Shown here piece by piece: positions 20,520-28,338 of a stretch of DNA of 64,000 nt. Both the position numbers and the translations under genes were made by a program. Positions within the stretch are counted from its first letter, which is position 1, and the number at the start of each line of letters is the position of its first letter. Origin of the DNA: Candidatus Cloacimonadales bacterium (lineage in GTDB: Bacteria > Cloacimonadota > Cloacimonadia > Cloacimonadales > JAIOQZ01). Under the pieces are notes generated by a model. The model was given only the letters and a program-made list of their open reading frames with translations, did no database searches and was not told the DNA's origin. The stretch is taken from the NCBI GenBank assembly GCA_963665815.1, contig OY762463.1, positions 3,744,001-3,808,000 of the forward strand, read 5' to 3'.

Positions 20520-20928
20520 CATAGGATGGATGATCTGGAAGTATATCGTCCAGAATTTGCGTAAGCTAAGTTAAGCAAATTCTCCCAACTATAATTCATT
20601 GTTTCGCAAGAAACACAGCCAAGTATATATAAAAACCTGCTTATATTGGCTATATGGTTTATAAGACCATATGTAATATACTCTCGTAATAAACAAACAC
20701 TTAATCAAATATAGAATTATGGATTGCGGAGACACAATAAGAGAATAAGTTACAAATAGTTTTGGCAAAATCTGCTGTGGCAATGTCATCTAATAATCTG
20801 TCAGATGGCATTGGGAGTGCTAGGCTAACCGAACCAGATGGGTGGGGGACGCTCCGCCCATCAAATTATAAATCTATCACAAAGATCATCACTTACTTGG
20901 CTGCAGGATTATTGCAGCCTTTTTTTTT
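20520..20928 (+). ncRNA. Candidate structured non-coding RNA or long 3' trailer downstream of flagellin 4
   Basis: Seven hairpins plus a terminator in about 400 nt. G-U pairs favour the + strand. No credible ORF. Confidence 0.45.
20899..20928 (+). terminator. Intrinsic terminator of the flagellin transcript or ncRNA
   Basis: GGCTGCA-GGATTAT-TGCAGCC followed by 9 T. Confidence 0.85.
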
Positions 20929-21817
20929 CTTCGATCTCTTTGATTTCTTTATATGAAAAGCTGCCTTTTGGAGCATTACGTATTGTTCTTATCAGTGATT
21001 TGTTTTTAGATTTAAAAAAATTAGGTTTTCTAATATTGAATATTTTTAATCTGTTCAATTTATTTATTTTGAAACCTATGCATAGAAAAAAAACATCTTT
21101 GTTCTCGTCAACACAGAATAAGGTCATTAAATATCCGGATTCATTGATTCTGATTCCCCAGTCTCTTATTGAATGTATACTGAATTCAGGCATATTCTCC
21201 AATTTGAAATCCTGAAAATAACTTTTTAATGATATAAGATTATTTTCTCCGGTTTTCTTTATGAGAAGCTTAATAAAGTTACCCACATTTTCATATTGCT
21301 GATAAGTAAGAATATTCTTTGTCCAGGTTAAACCTTGTTCTTTCAGTATTGCAGCTTTCAAATTTCTCCTCATCCTTTGAACATATTTCTGAGCAGTTTT
21401 CAGCTTTATATCATTTTTTTTTGCAATTTCAGCAGAACTAAGTTGTTTAACGAAATAGTATTTATATATTTTTAAATCCAGTTTACTAAGGTGTTGCCTA
21501 AGTACTTCAAAAGGAATATCATCCTTATGTTTTTCAATTTCCTCATCATATGAAGGAATCTCATAGTTCACTTGTTCCTTAAGTGCTTCAAGTGATCTTA
21601 CTCTTTCACGTTTTTTTAATACATTTAGAGACATGTTATAGGCTACTTTGTACAACCAGCTCTTAGGGTGTTTTATCTCCTGTTCCTGAATGTAAAACTT
21701 ATAAAAGGCGTTCTGAACAATATCTTCTGCATCATCCGTATTTGAAGTTATACTGTATGCATAGTTAAAAATCTGGTATCTCAACTGAGCAAACAGTTGA
21801 TCAGTTATTTTTGTCAT
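20909..21817 (-). CDS. ECF-type sigma70 factor with about 140-aa C-terminal extension
   Basis: Region 2 (YAYSIT..DDAEDIVQNAF..KSWLYKVAYN) and region 4 HTH (LSSAEIAK..LKTAQKYVQRMRRNLK). Start overlaps the selA stop. Confidence 0.85.
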   Translation of the reverse strand: MTKITDQLFAQLRYQIFNYAYSITSNTDDAEDIVQNAFYKFYIQEQEIKHPKSWLYKVAYNMSLNVLKKRERVRSLEALKEQVNYEIPSYDEEIEKHKDDIPFEVLRQHLSKLDLKIYKYYFVKQLSSAEIAKKNDIKLKTAQKYVQRMRRNLKAAILKEQGLTWTKNILTYQQYENVGNFIKLLIKKTGENNLISLKSYFQDFKLENMPEFSIHSIRDWGIRINESGYLMTLFCVDENKDVFFLCIGFKINKLNRLKIFNIRKPNFFKSKNKSLIRTIRNAPKGSFSYKEIKEIEEKKRLQ

Positions 21818-23192
21818 ACAGGGAAACCTTCAGGATCCGGGCAACAGAATCAGCAATGTACTGAAAATCTTTTGTATCTATACACAGAACATCAATAAGA
21901 ATAGTTCCTTCTCTTAACACACTCAGAATCGGCTTTTGTAGTTTCAGAAGGTCAAAAAAAAGTGAGTCTGTCTGTCTTGTATTTATATTGAGTTTCACAG
22001 CATAGCTGTTTCTCTTAAAATCAGGTAATGTACCACCACCACATCGTCCGTAGCTTTCTGTTACATCAGAATTTACATTCTCTCCCCTAAGAGTATTTTT
22101 CAAGTTTTCAGCTTTTAACTTCACATCATCATCAGCAAGATTGAGGAGTTTGAATAAGGGCGTATTTTCCATAAGCCTTTCTTCAGAGAAATAATTGGAT
22201 ATAACAGAAATTAACGAGCTGATTGTCAGCTTACCAATTCTATAAGTACGCATAAGCTGGGAGGAGTGAATTTTTTTAACACACTCTGATTTACCTGAGA
22301 TTATGCCAGCCTGTGGTCCACCAAGCAGCTTATCACAACTGAATGTAACAATATCTGCTCCGGCATCAATACAACTTTTTACGTCAGGTTCCTCCAGAGG
22401 AAGAGATTCCGGTTTTCTGAGTAATCCTGAACCAATATCATAGATGACAGGAATGTTGTGTTTTTTGCCAAGCTTAATCAGTTCTTTAAGCTCAACATCA
22501 CTTGTAAAACCGGTTATATGGTAATTAGACTGATGCACTTTAATTATTGCTCCGGTATTCTCGTTGATTGCATTTTCGTAATCCTTGAGATGAGTTCTAT
22601 TAGTAGTGCCTATTTCAACCATTTCAGCACCACTGAGTTTCATTATCTCCGGAATACGGAAAGAACCGCCTATTTCCACGAGTTCACCACGAGACACAAT
22701 CACTTCTTTGTCTTTTGCCAGAGTGTTAAGAGTAAGGAATACAGCTGCAGCATTGTTGTTGACTGCTATGGAATCTTCTGCACCGGTAACATATTTCAGT
22801 ATAGCTTTCAAATGATAGTTACGGTTACCGCGACGACCTTTATCCAGATCAAATTCCAGATTTGAGTAACCGGATACTCTTTCTGCCAGATCATTAATCA
22901 CATTAGGTCCTAAAGGTGATCTGCCAAGATTTGTATGAATGATGATTCCTGATCCGTTAATAACAGGTTTTAATCCGGGTTCGGACAGCTTCTTGATGAA
23001 ATCATAAACGGAATCGATCCAGAACTGTTCGTTAGCATCAGGAATATTGTCTTTCAGCAGCTTATTTTTTTCCAGCTTTATTGCTTCTCTGGCACAATAG
23101 ACTAAAAAGGAATGATCGAAAGTGGATTTGAATTCTGCAAACATGTCATCTTGCAGGAGTTTTTCTATACTTGGAATATTAAGTGCATTCAT
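21801..23192 (-). CDS. selA: L-seryl-tRNA(Sec) selenium transferase
   Basis: VINGSGIIIHTNLGRS, YSNLEFDL, VNNNAAA, SRGELVEIGGSFRIP, EIGTTNRT and DKLLGGPQAG (PLP Lys). ATG at 23192 with GAGGA RBS; the track start at 23285 runs through the tRNA. Confidence 0.96.
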   Translation of the reverse strand: MNALNIPSIEKLLQDDMFAEFKSTFDHSFLVYCAREAIKLEKNKLLKDNIPDANEQFWIDSVYDFIKKLSEPGLKPVINGSGIIIHTNLGRSPLGPNVINDLAERVSGYSNLEFDLDKGRRGNRNYHLKAILKYVTGAEDSIAVNNNAAAVFLTLNTLAKDKEVIVSRGELVEIGGSFRIPEIMKLSGAEMVEIGTTNRTHLKDYENAINENTGAIIKVHQSNYHITGFTSDVELKELIKLGKKHNIPVIYDIGSGLLRKPESLPLEEPDVKSCIDAGADIVTFSCDKLLGGPQAGIISGKSECVKKIHSSQLMRTYRIGKLTISSLISVISNYFSEERLMENTPLFKLLNLADDDVKLKAENLKNTLRGENVNSDVTESYGRCGGGTLPDFKRNSYAVKLNINTRQTDSLFFDLLKLQKPILSVLREGTILIDVLCIDTKDFQYIADSVARILKVSLYDKNN

Positions 23193-23206
23193 ATTTTCCT
23201 CATTAT

Positions 23207-23301
23207 TGGCCGCGAGGGCAGGAATCGAACCTGCCACAGACGGTGTTATCCGCCTGCTACTGATTTTGCAGACCAGTTGGACCACCAGATCCGTCCTCGC
23301 T
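23207..23301 (-). tRNA. selC: tRNA-Sec-type (selC-like) tRNA with GCA (Cys) anticodon
   Basis: Minus strand: (A)GCGAGG AC GGATC-TGGT-GGTCC AA CTGGT-CTGCAAA-ATCAG TA GCAGGCGG-ATAACA-CCGTCTGT G GCAGG-TTCGATT-CCTGC CCTCGCG G CCA. 4-nt YGGU D-loop, long variable arm, G73, encoded CCA, immediately upstream of selA. Confidence 0.88.
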
Positions 23302-23340
23302 ATTAAGAAAGATTGAATATCTTATTCAATTTATTTACTA

Positions 23341-26040
23341 CTAATAATTATTGGCAATCAATTTTTTAACTTGTACGGCTGTAACTTTGTATTCAGGGAT
23401 TTTTGCGACTGGATCAATTTCTTTGTGGGTAAGTCGGTTCGCAGGACTTTCATGGAAATGAAAAGAAATGAAAACCACACCTTTTTTTATTCTATCAGTA
23501 ACTTCAGCTGCAATTGTAATTTCGCCTCTTGCTGATGAAACGGAAACGAATTCGCCATTATCAATACTTCTTTGAGCTGCGTCAAATGGAGATATTTTTA
23601 TTGTTGGAGGTGATAACCGATCGAACTCTTCACTTTTCCTTATCATTGTCCCTGTATGGAATTGATGCGCCAGACGTCCGGTAGTAAGAATCAGTGGGTA
23701 TTCACGGCTGCAAATTTCATAAGGTGGAACATAGTCCACGATTTTAAACTTTGGAAGTCCAATTGGAAAGCTATTTTCGTGAAGAATACTTGTACCAGGG
23801 TGTTCAATATCCGGGCATGGCCACTGAATTCCGTCTTCTTCGGTTCTATCAGATGTAATACCTCTATAGAATGGGATAGTCTCGTTGATTTCTCTGGTAA
23901 TATCCTCAGAATTCGAGTATTCCCAGTTATAACCCATTGCATTAGCGAGGTCAGTAACAATCTTCCAGTCATTTTCAACTAATCCAGGAGCATCAGTTGC
24001 TTTTCTCAGCTTCTGCACTCTACGCTCTGTGTTTGTGAAATGTCCTGTCTTTTCAGAGAAACAGGCTGCCGGTAGAACAATGTCAGCCATTTCAGCAGTT
24101 TCGGTCATGAATATATCCTGAACAATCAGCAAATCAAGGTTTTTAAGAGCTTTAATAGTGTGGGTCTGGTCCGGATCACTCAATACAGGATTTTCTCCCA
24201 TAACGTATATAGCTTTAATATCTCCAGATATGGCACTGTCCAGCATTTCTGTGATCGTTAATCCCGACTTATTGCTAATGTCAGATTTCCAGTAATCTGC
24301 GAATCTTTCTATAGCTTCAGGATTGGATACTTTTGCATAGCCCGGAAGAGTATCCGGAAGACAACCAACATCACAAGCACCCTGTACATTGGATTGTCCC
24401 CTGAGTGGATTGACTCCAGCTCCGGGAATACCAATGTTCCCACACATTAACTGTAGATTTGCCAGAGCGAGTACATTCTGGTATCCAGATGTGTGCTGCG
24501 TTATGCCCATTGCAAAATAAACAGCAGCGGTTTTTGCTTTTCCGAACAGTTCTCCAATCTCGTAAAGTGTTGAAGCTTTAATACCTGCTATCTCTTCAAT
24601 CGTTTCAGGTGCATACTTTGTCATAAGCATCTCATTTTTAAAGAGAGTCCATGAGTCCAAGTCAGTACGAGACTTAATATACTCTGGATCGAACAGGTTC
24701 TTTTTAATAATGACATGTATGATTGAGTTAATCAAAGCAGTATCTGATCCCGGTTTCTGGGATGCATAGATTGAAGCAAATTTTGCCAATTCAATTTTTT
24801 TGGGATCAATTACAATAAGCTTGGTGTTATGAAACTTAACAGCCTGCTTGATTTTGTTTCCAATTATTGGATGAGCGGCTGTTGTGTCAGAACCAATTAC
24901 AAGGATTGCATCAGCTTTATGGATATCCTGTAAATTGTTCGTCATTGCACCACTTCCAAGAGATTCTGCAAGACCTGCAACTGTTGACGCATGACATAAT
25001 CTTGCACAATGATCAACATTATTATTACCTATGCAAGTCCGAAAAAATTTCTGGAAAAGATAATTATCTTCGTTTGAACACTTTGCTGAAGAAAAACCTC
25101 CGATAGCATTACTGCCGTTTTCATTAATAATCTTTTGGAATTTATCAGCAATGATTTCGATTACAGTATTCCAGTCTGTCGGAACATGTTTTCCATTTTG
25201 TTTTATAAGTGGAGTTGTCAAACGTCTGTCAGAATGAACAAATCTGAATCCGAATCTGCCTTTACTGCATAGCATACCGTTATTGACTTCAGAATCCTCA
25301 ACTCCCCTAATGCGAATGATCTCACCGGTTTTCTTGAGTGTATGAATTTCAATGTTGCATCCCACTCCACAATATGTGCAGATGGATCTGATTTTATCAA
25401 TCTCTCTGTCTCGATATGCTCTTTTAGAGTTTTTGTCGTAAATTGCTCCTACAGGACAAAGCTGAGAGCATTCTCCACATTGAACACAACTTGATTCACC
25501 GAGTTTTTTATTGTAGTCTATGGTAATTCTTGTATTTCCACCTCTGTCAGCGAAGTTGATTACTTCGTTAACAACAGTATTGTTACAACCGCTTACACAA
25601 TTCCCACAACTGATGCATTTATCAATGTCTTTTACGATGAACTCAGATGATGTGTCAGGTTTATTAAGTCTTTCACCAATAACATAATCATCCATCTCTG
25701 AATAGAATACTGCATCCTGTAATGCACAATGAAGGTTTGCCGGACAGTTTAGACAGCTATGATTACCTGATTCAAGAATAAGTTTAAGGATCATGGTAAC
25801 TGTATGTCTAACCATTTTGGACTTGGTTCTTACTTCCATGTTCGGTGAGACTGGAGTGGAACATGCAGGTACGAGCCTATTGGCAACTTCAACAAGACAG
25901 ACGCGGCAGTTACCGCAAATTCCTGTTTTAGGGTGATAACACAAGTGAGGAATATACATATTGTTCCTCATGGCGCATTGCAGAATTGTCTCGTTTTCTT
26001 TTGCCTGCAGAACCTGATTGTTAATTTTTATGGAAAACAT
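23341..26040 (-). CDS. fdhF: Formate dehydrogenase alpha subunit (Mo/W-bisPGD) with N-terminal NuoG-like Fe-S domains
   Basis: IPHLCY..CRVC [2Fe-2S], two CxxCxxC ferredoxin motifs, CTYCGVGC, DHCARLCHAST active-site motif, PLRGQSNVQGACD and C-terminal AKIPEYKVTAV. Confidence 0.95.
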   Translation of the reverse strand: MFSIKINNQVLQAKENETILQCAMRNNMYIPHLCYHPKTGICGNCRVCLVEVANRLVPACSTPVSPNMEVRTKSKMVRHTVTMILKLILESGNHSCLNCPANLHCALQDAVFYSEMDDYVIGERLNKPDTSSEFIVKDIDKCISCGNCVSGCNNTVVNEVINFADRGGNTRITIDYNKKLGESSCVQCGECSQLCPVGAIYDKNSKRAYRDREIDKIRSICTYCGVGCNIEIHTLKKTGEIIRIRGVEDSEVNNGMLCSKGRFGFRFVHSDRRLTTPLIKQNGKHVPTDWNTVIEIIADKFQKIINENGSNAIGGFSSAKCSNEDNYLFQKFFRTCIGNNNVDHCARLCHASTVAGLAESLGSGAMTNNLQDIHKADAILVIGSDTTAAHPIIGNKIKQAVKFHNTKLIVIDPKKIELAKFASIYASQKPGSDTALINSIIHVIIKKNLFDPEYIKSRTDLDSWTLFKNEMLMTKYAPETIEEIAGIKASTLYEIGELFGKAKTAAVYFAMGITQHTSGYQNVLALANLQLMCGNIGIPGAGVNPLRGQSNVQGACDVGCLPDTLPGYAKVSNPEAIERFADYWKSDISNKSGLTITEMLDSAISGDIKAIYVMGENPVLSDPDQTHTIKALKNLDLLIVQDIFMTETAEMADIVLPAACFSEKTGHFTNTERRVQKLRKATDAPGLVENDWKIVTDLANAMGYNWEYSNSEDITREINETIPFYRGITSDRTEEDGIQWPCPDIEHPGTSILHENSFPIGLPKFKIVDYVPPYEICSREYPLILTTGRLAHQFHTGTMIRKSEEFDRLSPPTIKISPFDAAQRSIDNGEFVSVSSARGEITIAAEVTDRIKKGVVFISFHFHESPANRLTHKEIDPVAKIPEYKVTAVQVKKLIANNY
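24965..24996 (-). promoter_or_regulatory. SECIS-like hairpin downstream of the FDH active-site UGU codon
   Basis: TGT CAT GCG TCA ACA GTT GCA GGT CTT GCA: TGCA-GGTCT-TGCA stem-loop at the same offset as E. coli fdhF UGA..GUUGCAGGUCUGCA. Confidence 0.5.
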
Positions 26041-26053
26041 AATGTGTCCGGAT

Positions 26054-26088
26054 AAAAAAAAAGAGAGGTATGGGTTTGACCATACCTC
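26054..26088 (-). terminator. Intrinsic terminator between hydB/nuoF and fdh
   Basis: Minus strand GAGGTATGG-TCAAAC-CCATACCTC then TC and 9 T. Confidence 0.85.
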
Positions 26089-26100
26089 AAAATGTATTTA

Positions 26101-27954
26101 TTAATCTTGCTCTGCAGCTTCAGCTTGAGCTTTTCTGAATTGAATGATTTCTTCTCGCATTCCGGCGTTCTTATTAACAGCATTAACTGGACATACATCC
26201 ACGCAGTTTCCACATTTAACACAATCAATTTGTTTGATAGTGTATTTTTCTTCTCTGGAACCGGAGATACAGTTTGTCGGGCAGTTTTTAGCACAAAGTG
26301 AACAGCCGATACATTTATCTTTGTCTATATCAAAGTTGATGAGATCAAGACAAACAAGTGTTGAACATTTATTTTCTTTGATATGTTCTTCGTATTCATG
26401 TCTGAAGTATCTTATTGTACTTAAAACAGGATTTGGTGCAGTTTGACCAAGACCACAGAGTGATGTTTGTTTTATAACATTACCAAGCTCAATAAGTCTT
26501 TCGATGTCACCTTCTTTACCTCTACCTGATGTAATGTTATTCAAGATTTCGTGCATATGTTTAAGACCTATTCTACATGGTGTACATTTACCGCATGATT
26601 CTTCAACTGAGAATTCCAGGAAGAATTTGGCAACGTTAACCATACAGTTACTGTCGTCCATAACAATAACACCACCGGAACCCATCATCGCACCTTTTTC
26701 AAGGAGTGACTGATAGTCTATCTGAACGTCAAGGTGATCGTTTGTGAGGCATCCGCCTGAAGGTCCGCCAAGTTGAACAGCTTTAAATGCTTTTCCATTA
26801 GGAATTCCACCACCAACTTCAAAAATAAGTTCTTTAAGACTGATTCCCATTGGAACTTCAACAAGACCGGTATTTTTAACATCACCTGTAAGAGCGAATA
26901 CTTTTGTACCTTTACTTGTTTCAGTACCCATTTGAGAGAACCATTCAGCACCTTTTGTGAATATTGTAGGAAGATTAGCATATGTTTCAACATTGTTAAC
27001 TGCTGTTGGTTTTCCCCAGAGTCCTTCTACTGATGGATATGGTGGTTTTACGGATGGTTGACCTCTTTTACCTTCGATAGAAGCGATAAGAGCTGTTTCT
27101 TCTCCACAGACGAAAGCACCGGCACCGGTTCGTACTTCAGCTTTGAAAGAGAAGTCTGAACCGAAGATGTTATCACCGAGGATACCGAGTTCAAGTGCCT
27201 GACTTATAGCTTGTCTGATACGTTTTATTGCAAGCGGGTATTCAGCTCTGATGTAGAAATATCCTTCGGAAGCTCCGATACAGTATGCAGCAATTGCCAT
27301 ACCTTCAAGTACTCGATGAGGATCTCCTTCAAGGAGTGATCTGTCCATGAATGCTCCAGGGTCACCTTCGTCACCATTACAGATAACGTATTTCTGATCT
27401 GCAACAGGTTTTCTTGTGAGTTCCCATTTCAACGCAGTAGGGAAGCCACCGCCACCACGACCACGTAGTCCTGATTCTTTCACAACACTGATACCATCTT
27501 CTGGTGACAGTTGTGTAACGAGCTTACCAAGAGCTTCGTAACCTCCGAGAGCGATATATTCTTCAATACTTTCAGGATCAAGGTGTCCGCAGTTTTCCAG
27601 AGCAACTTTAACCTGTTTCTTATAGAAAGGAATTTCTTTCTGGTCTACAATAACTTTATTTTCATCTTCTTTAAGCATAAGACGTTGAACCGGACGACCT
27701 TTTATAAAGTGTTCCATTACCATTTCTTCAACATCTTCTACGGTAACTTTCTGATAAAATGTGCCATCAGGATAAATCTTGATAACAGGACCGTAGTCAC
27801 AAGGTCCCATACAGCCTGTTTCAATAATGTTTATTTCATTAAGAATATCATTGGCTTCAAGAACCTGAATCATTTTTTCTTTAATCTTAAGTGCTCCTGC
27901 GGAAACACAACCTGAACCGCAGCATATTAGAACATCAATTCTTTTAACTGGCAT
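26101..27954 (-). CDS. nuoF: NADH-binding flavoprotein subunit HydB/NuoF-like (bifurcating-type, extra Fe-S domains)
   Basis: N-terminal thioredoxin-like 2Fe-2S, SGLRGRGGGGFP, CNGDEGDPGAFMDR, GAFVCGEETAL, ESCGKCTPCR and C-terminal 2x[4Fe-4S]. Confidence 0.93.
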   Translation of the reverse strand: MPVKRIDVLICCGSGCVSAGALKIKEKMIQVLEANDILNEINIIETGCMGPCDYGPVIKIYPDGTFYQKVTVEDVEEMVMEHFIKGRPVQRLMLKEDENKVIVDQKEIPFYKKQVKVALENCGHLDPESIEEYIALGGYEALGKLVTQLSPEDGISVVKESGLRGRGGGGFPTALKWELTRKPVADQKYVICNGDEGDPGAFMDRSLLEGDPHRVLEGMAIAAYCIGASEGYFYIRAEYPLAIKRIRQAISQALELGILGDNIFGSDFSFKAEVRTGAGAFVCGEETALIASIEGKRGQPSVKPPYPSVEGLWGKPTAVNNVETYANLPTIFTKGAEWFSQMGTETSKGTKVFALTGDVKNTGLVEVPMGISLKELIFEVGGGIPNGKAFKAVQLGGPSGGCLTNDHLDVQIDYQSLLEKGAMMGSGGVIVMDDSNCMVNVAKFFLEFSVEESCGKCTPCRIGLKHMHEILNNITSGRGKEGDIERLIELGNVIKQTSLCGLGQTAPNPVLSTIRYFRHEYEEHIKENKCSTLVCLDLINFDIDKDKCIGCSLCAKNCPTNCISGSREEKYTIKQIDCVKCGNCVDVCPVNAVNKNAGMREEIIQFRKAQAEAAEQD

Positions 27955-27969
27955 TTTTCCTCCGTAGGA

Positions 27970-28338
27970 TTACTTGCTCTCGGTTGAGATTACATAGTCT
28001 TCACAAACAAAACCGTTAATAATATGACTTTCAACAACTTTGACAGCTTTTTCAGAATCCATTTTTCCATAAGTTATTGTTGGCTTTCCTTCTTCAATAA
28101 TATCAACAACAGGCTCCATGGAAGATAAGCCTTTTTCACCTGTTTGAGTAACAAGTACATCAGTGAGATTATGTCTTGTAATTTCGTTGAGGAAAGTTTT
28201 CATAACATCTCTGGCTCCCATAGCAATTCCGGATGTTCCCATTCCAACAACAATTTTGATTCTATGATCTGAACTTCGGAGCTTCATTTCATTCTGTGCT
28301 TTTTCTCTGATTTTTCTCAATTCTTCCAAAGTTTTCAT
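27970..28338 (-). CDS. HydD/HndB-like thioredoxin-fold ferredoxin subunit (Cys ligands absent)
   Basis: MKTLEELRKIRE..IVVGMGTSGIA..TGEKGLSSMEPVV aligns by eye with HydD-type proteins. Confidence 0.8.
   Translation of the reverse strand: MKTLEELRKIREKAQNEMKLRSSDHRIKIVVGMGTSGIAMGARDVMKTFLNEITRHNLTDVLVTQTGEKGLSSMEPVVDIIEEGKPTITYGKMDSEKAVKVVESHIINGFVCEDYVISTESK

Noticed and set aside
16210..20930. TldR/dCas12f-type RNA-guided regulator linked to flagellin or sigma
   Set aside because: No TnpB/Cas12f-like ORF is visible in the window.
20589..21215. Small ORFs 20589-20789(-), 20762-20956(+) and 20838-21215(+)
   Set aside because: They have no RBS or recognisable motifs, and they cross hairpins, the terminator or the antisense strand of the sigma gene.
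23193..23285. 31-aa N-terminal extension of SelA in the ORF track
   Set aside because: It is a translation of the tRNA gene. A good RBS precedes ATG 23192.
23207..23301. Calling this an ordinary tRNA-Cys or selC* tRNA-Cys
   Set aside because: The long variable arm, 4-nt D-loop, G73 (not U73) and position next to selA contradict both.
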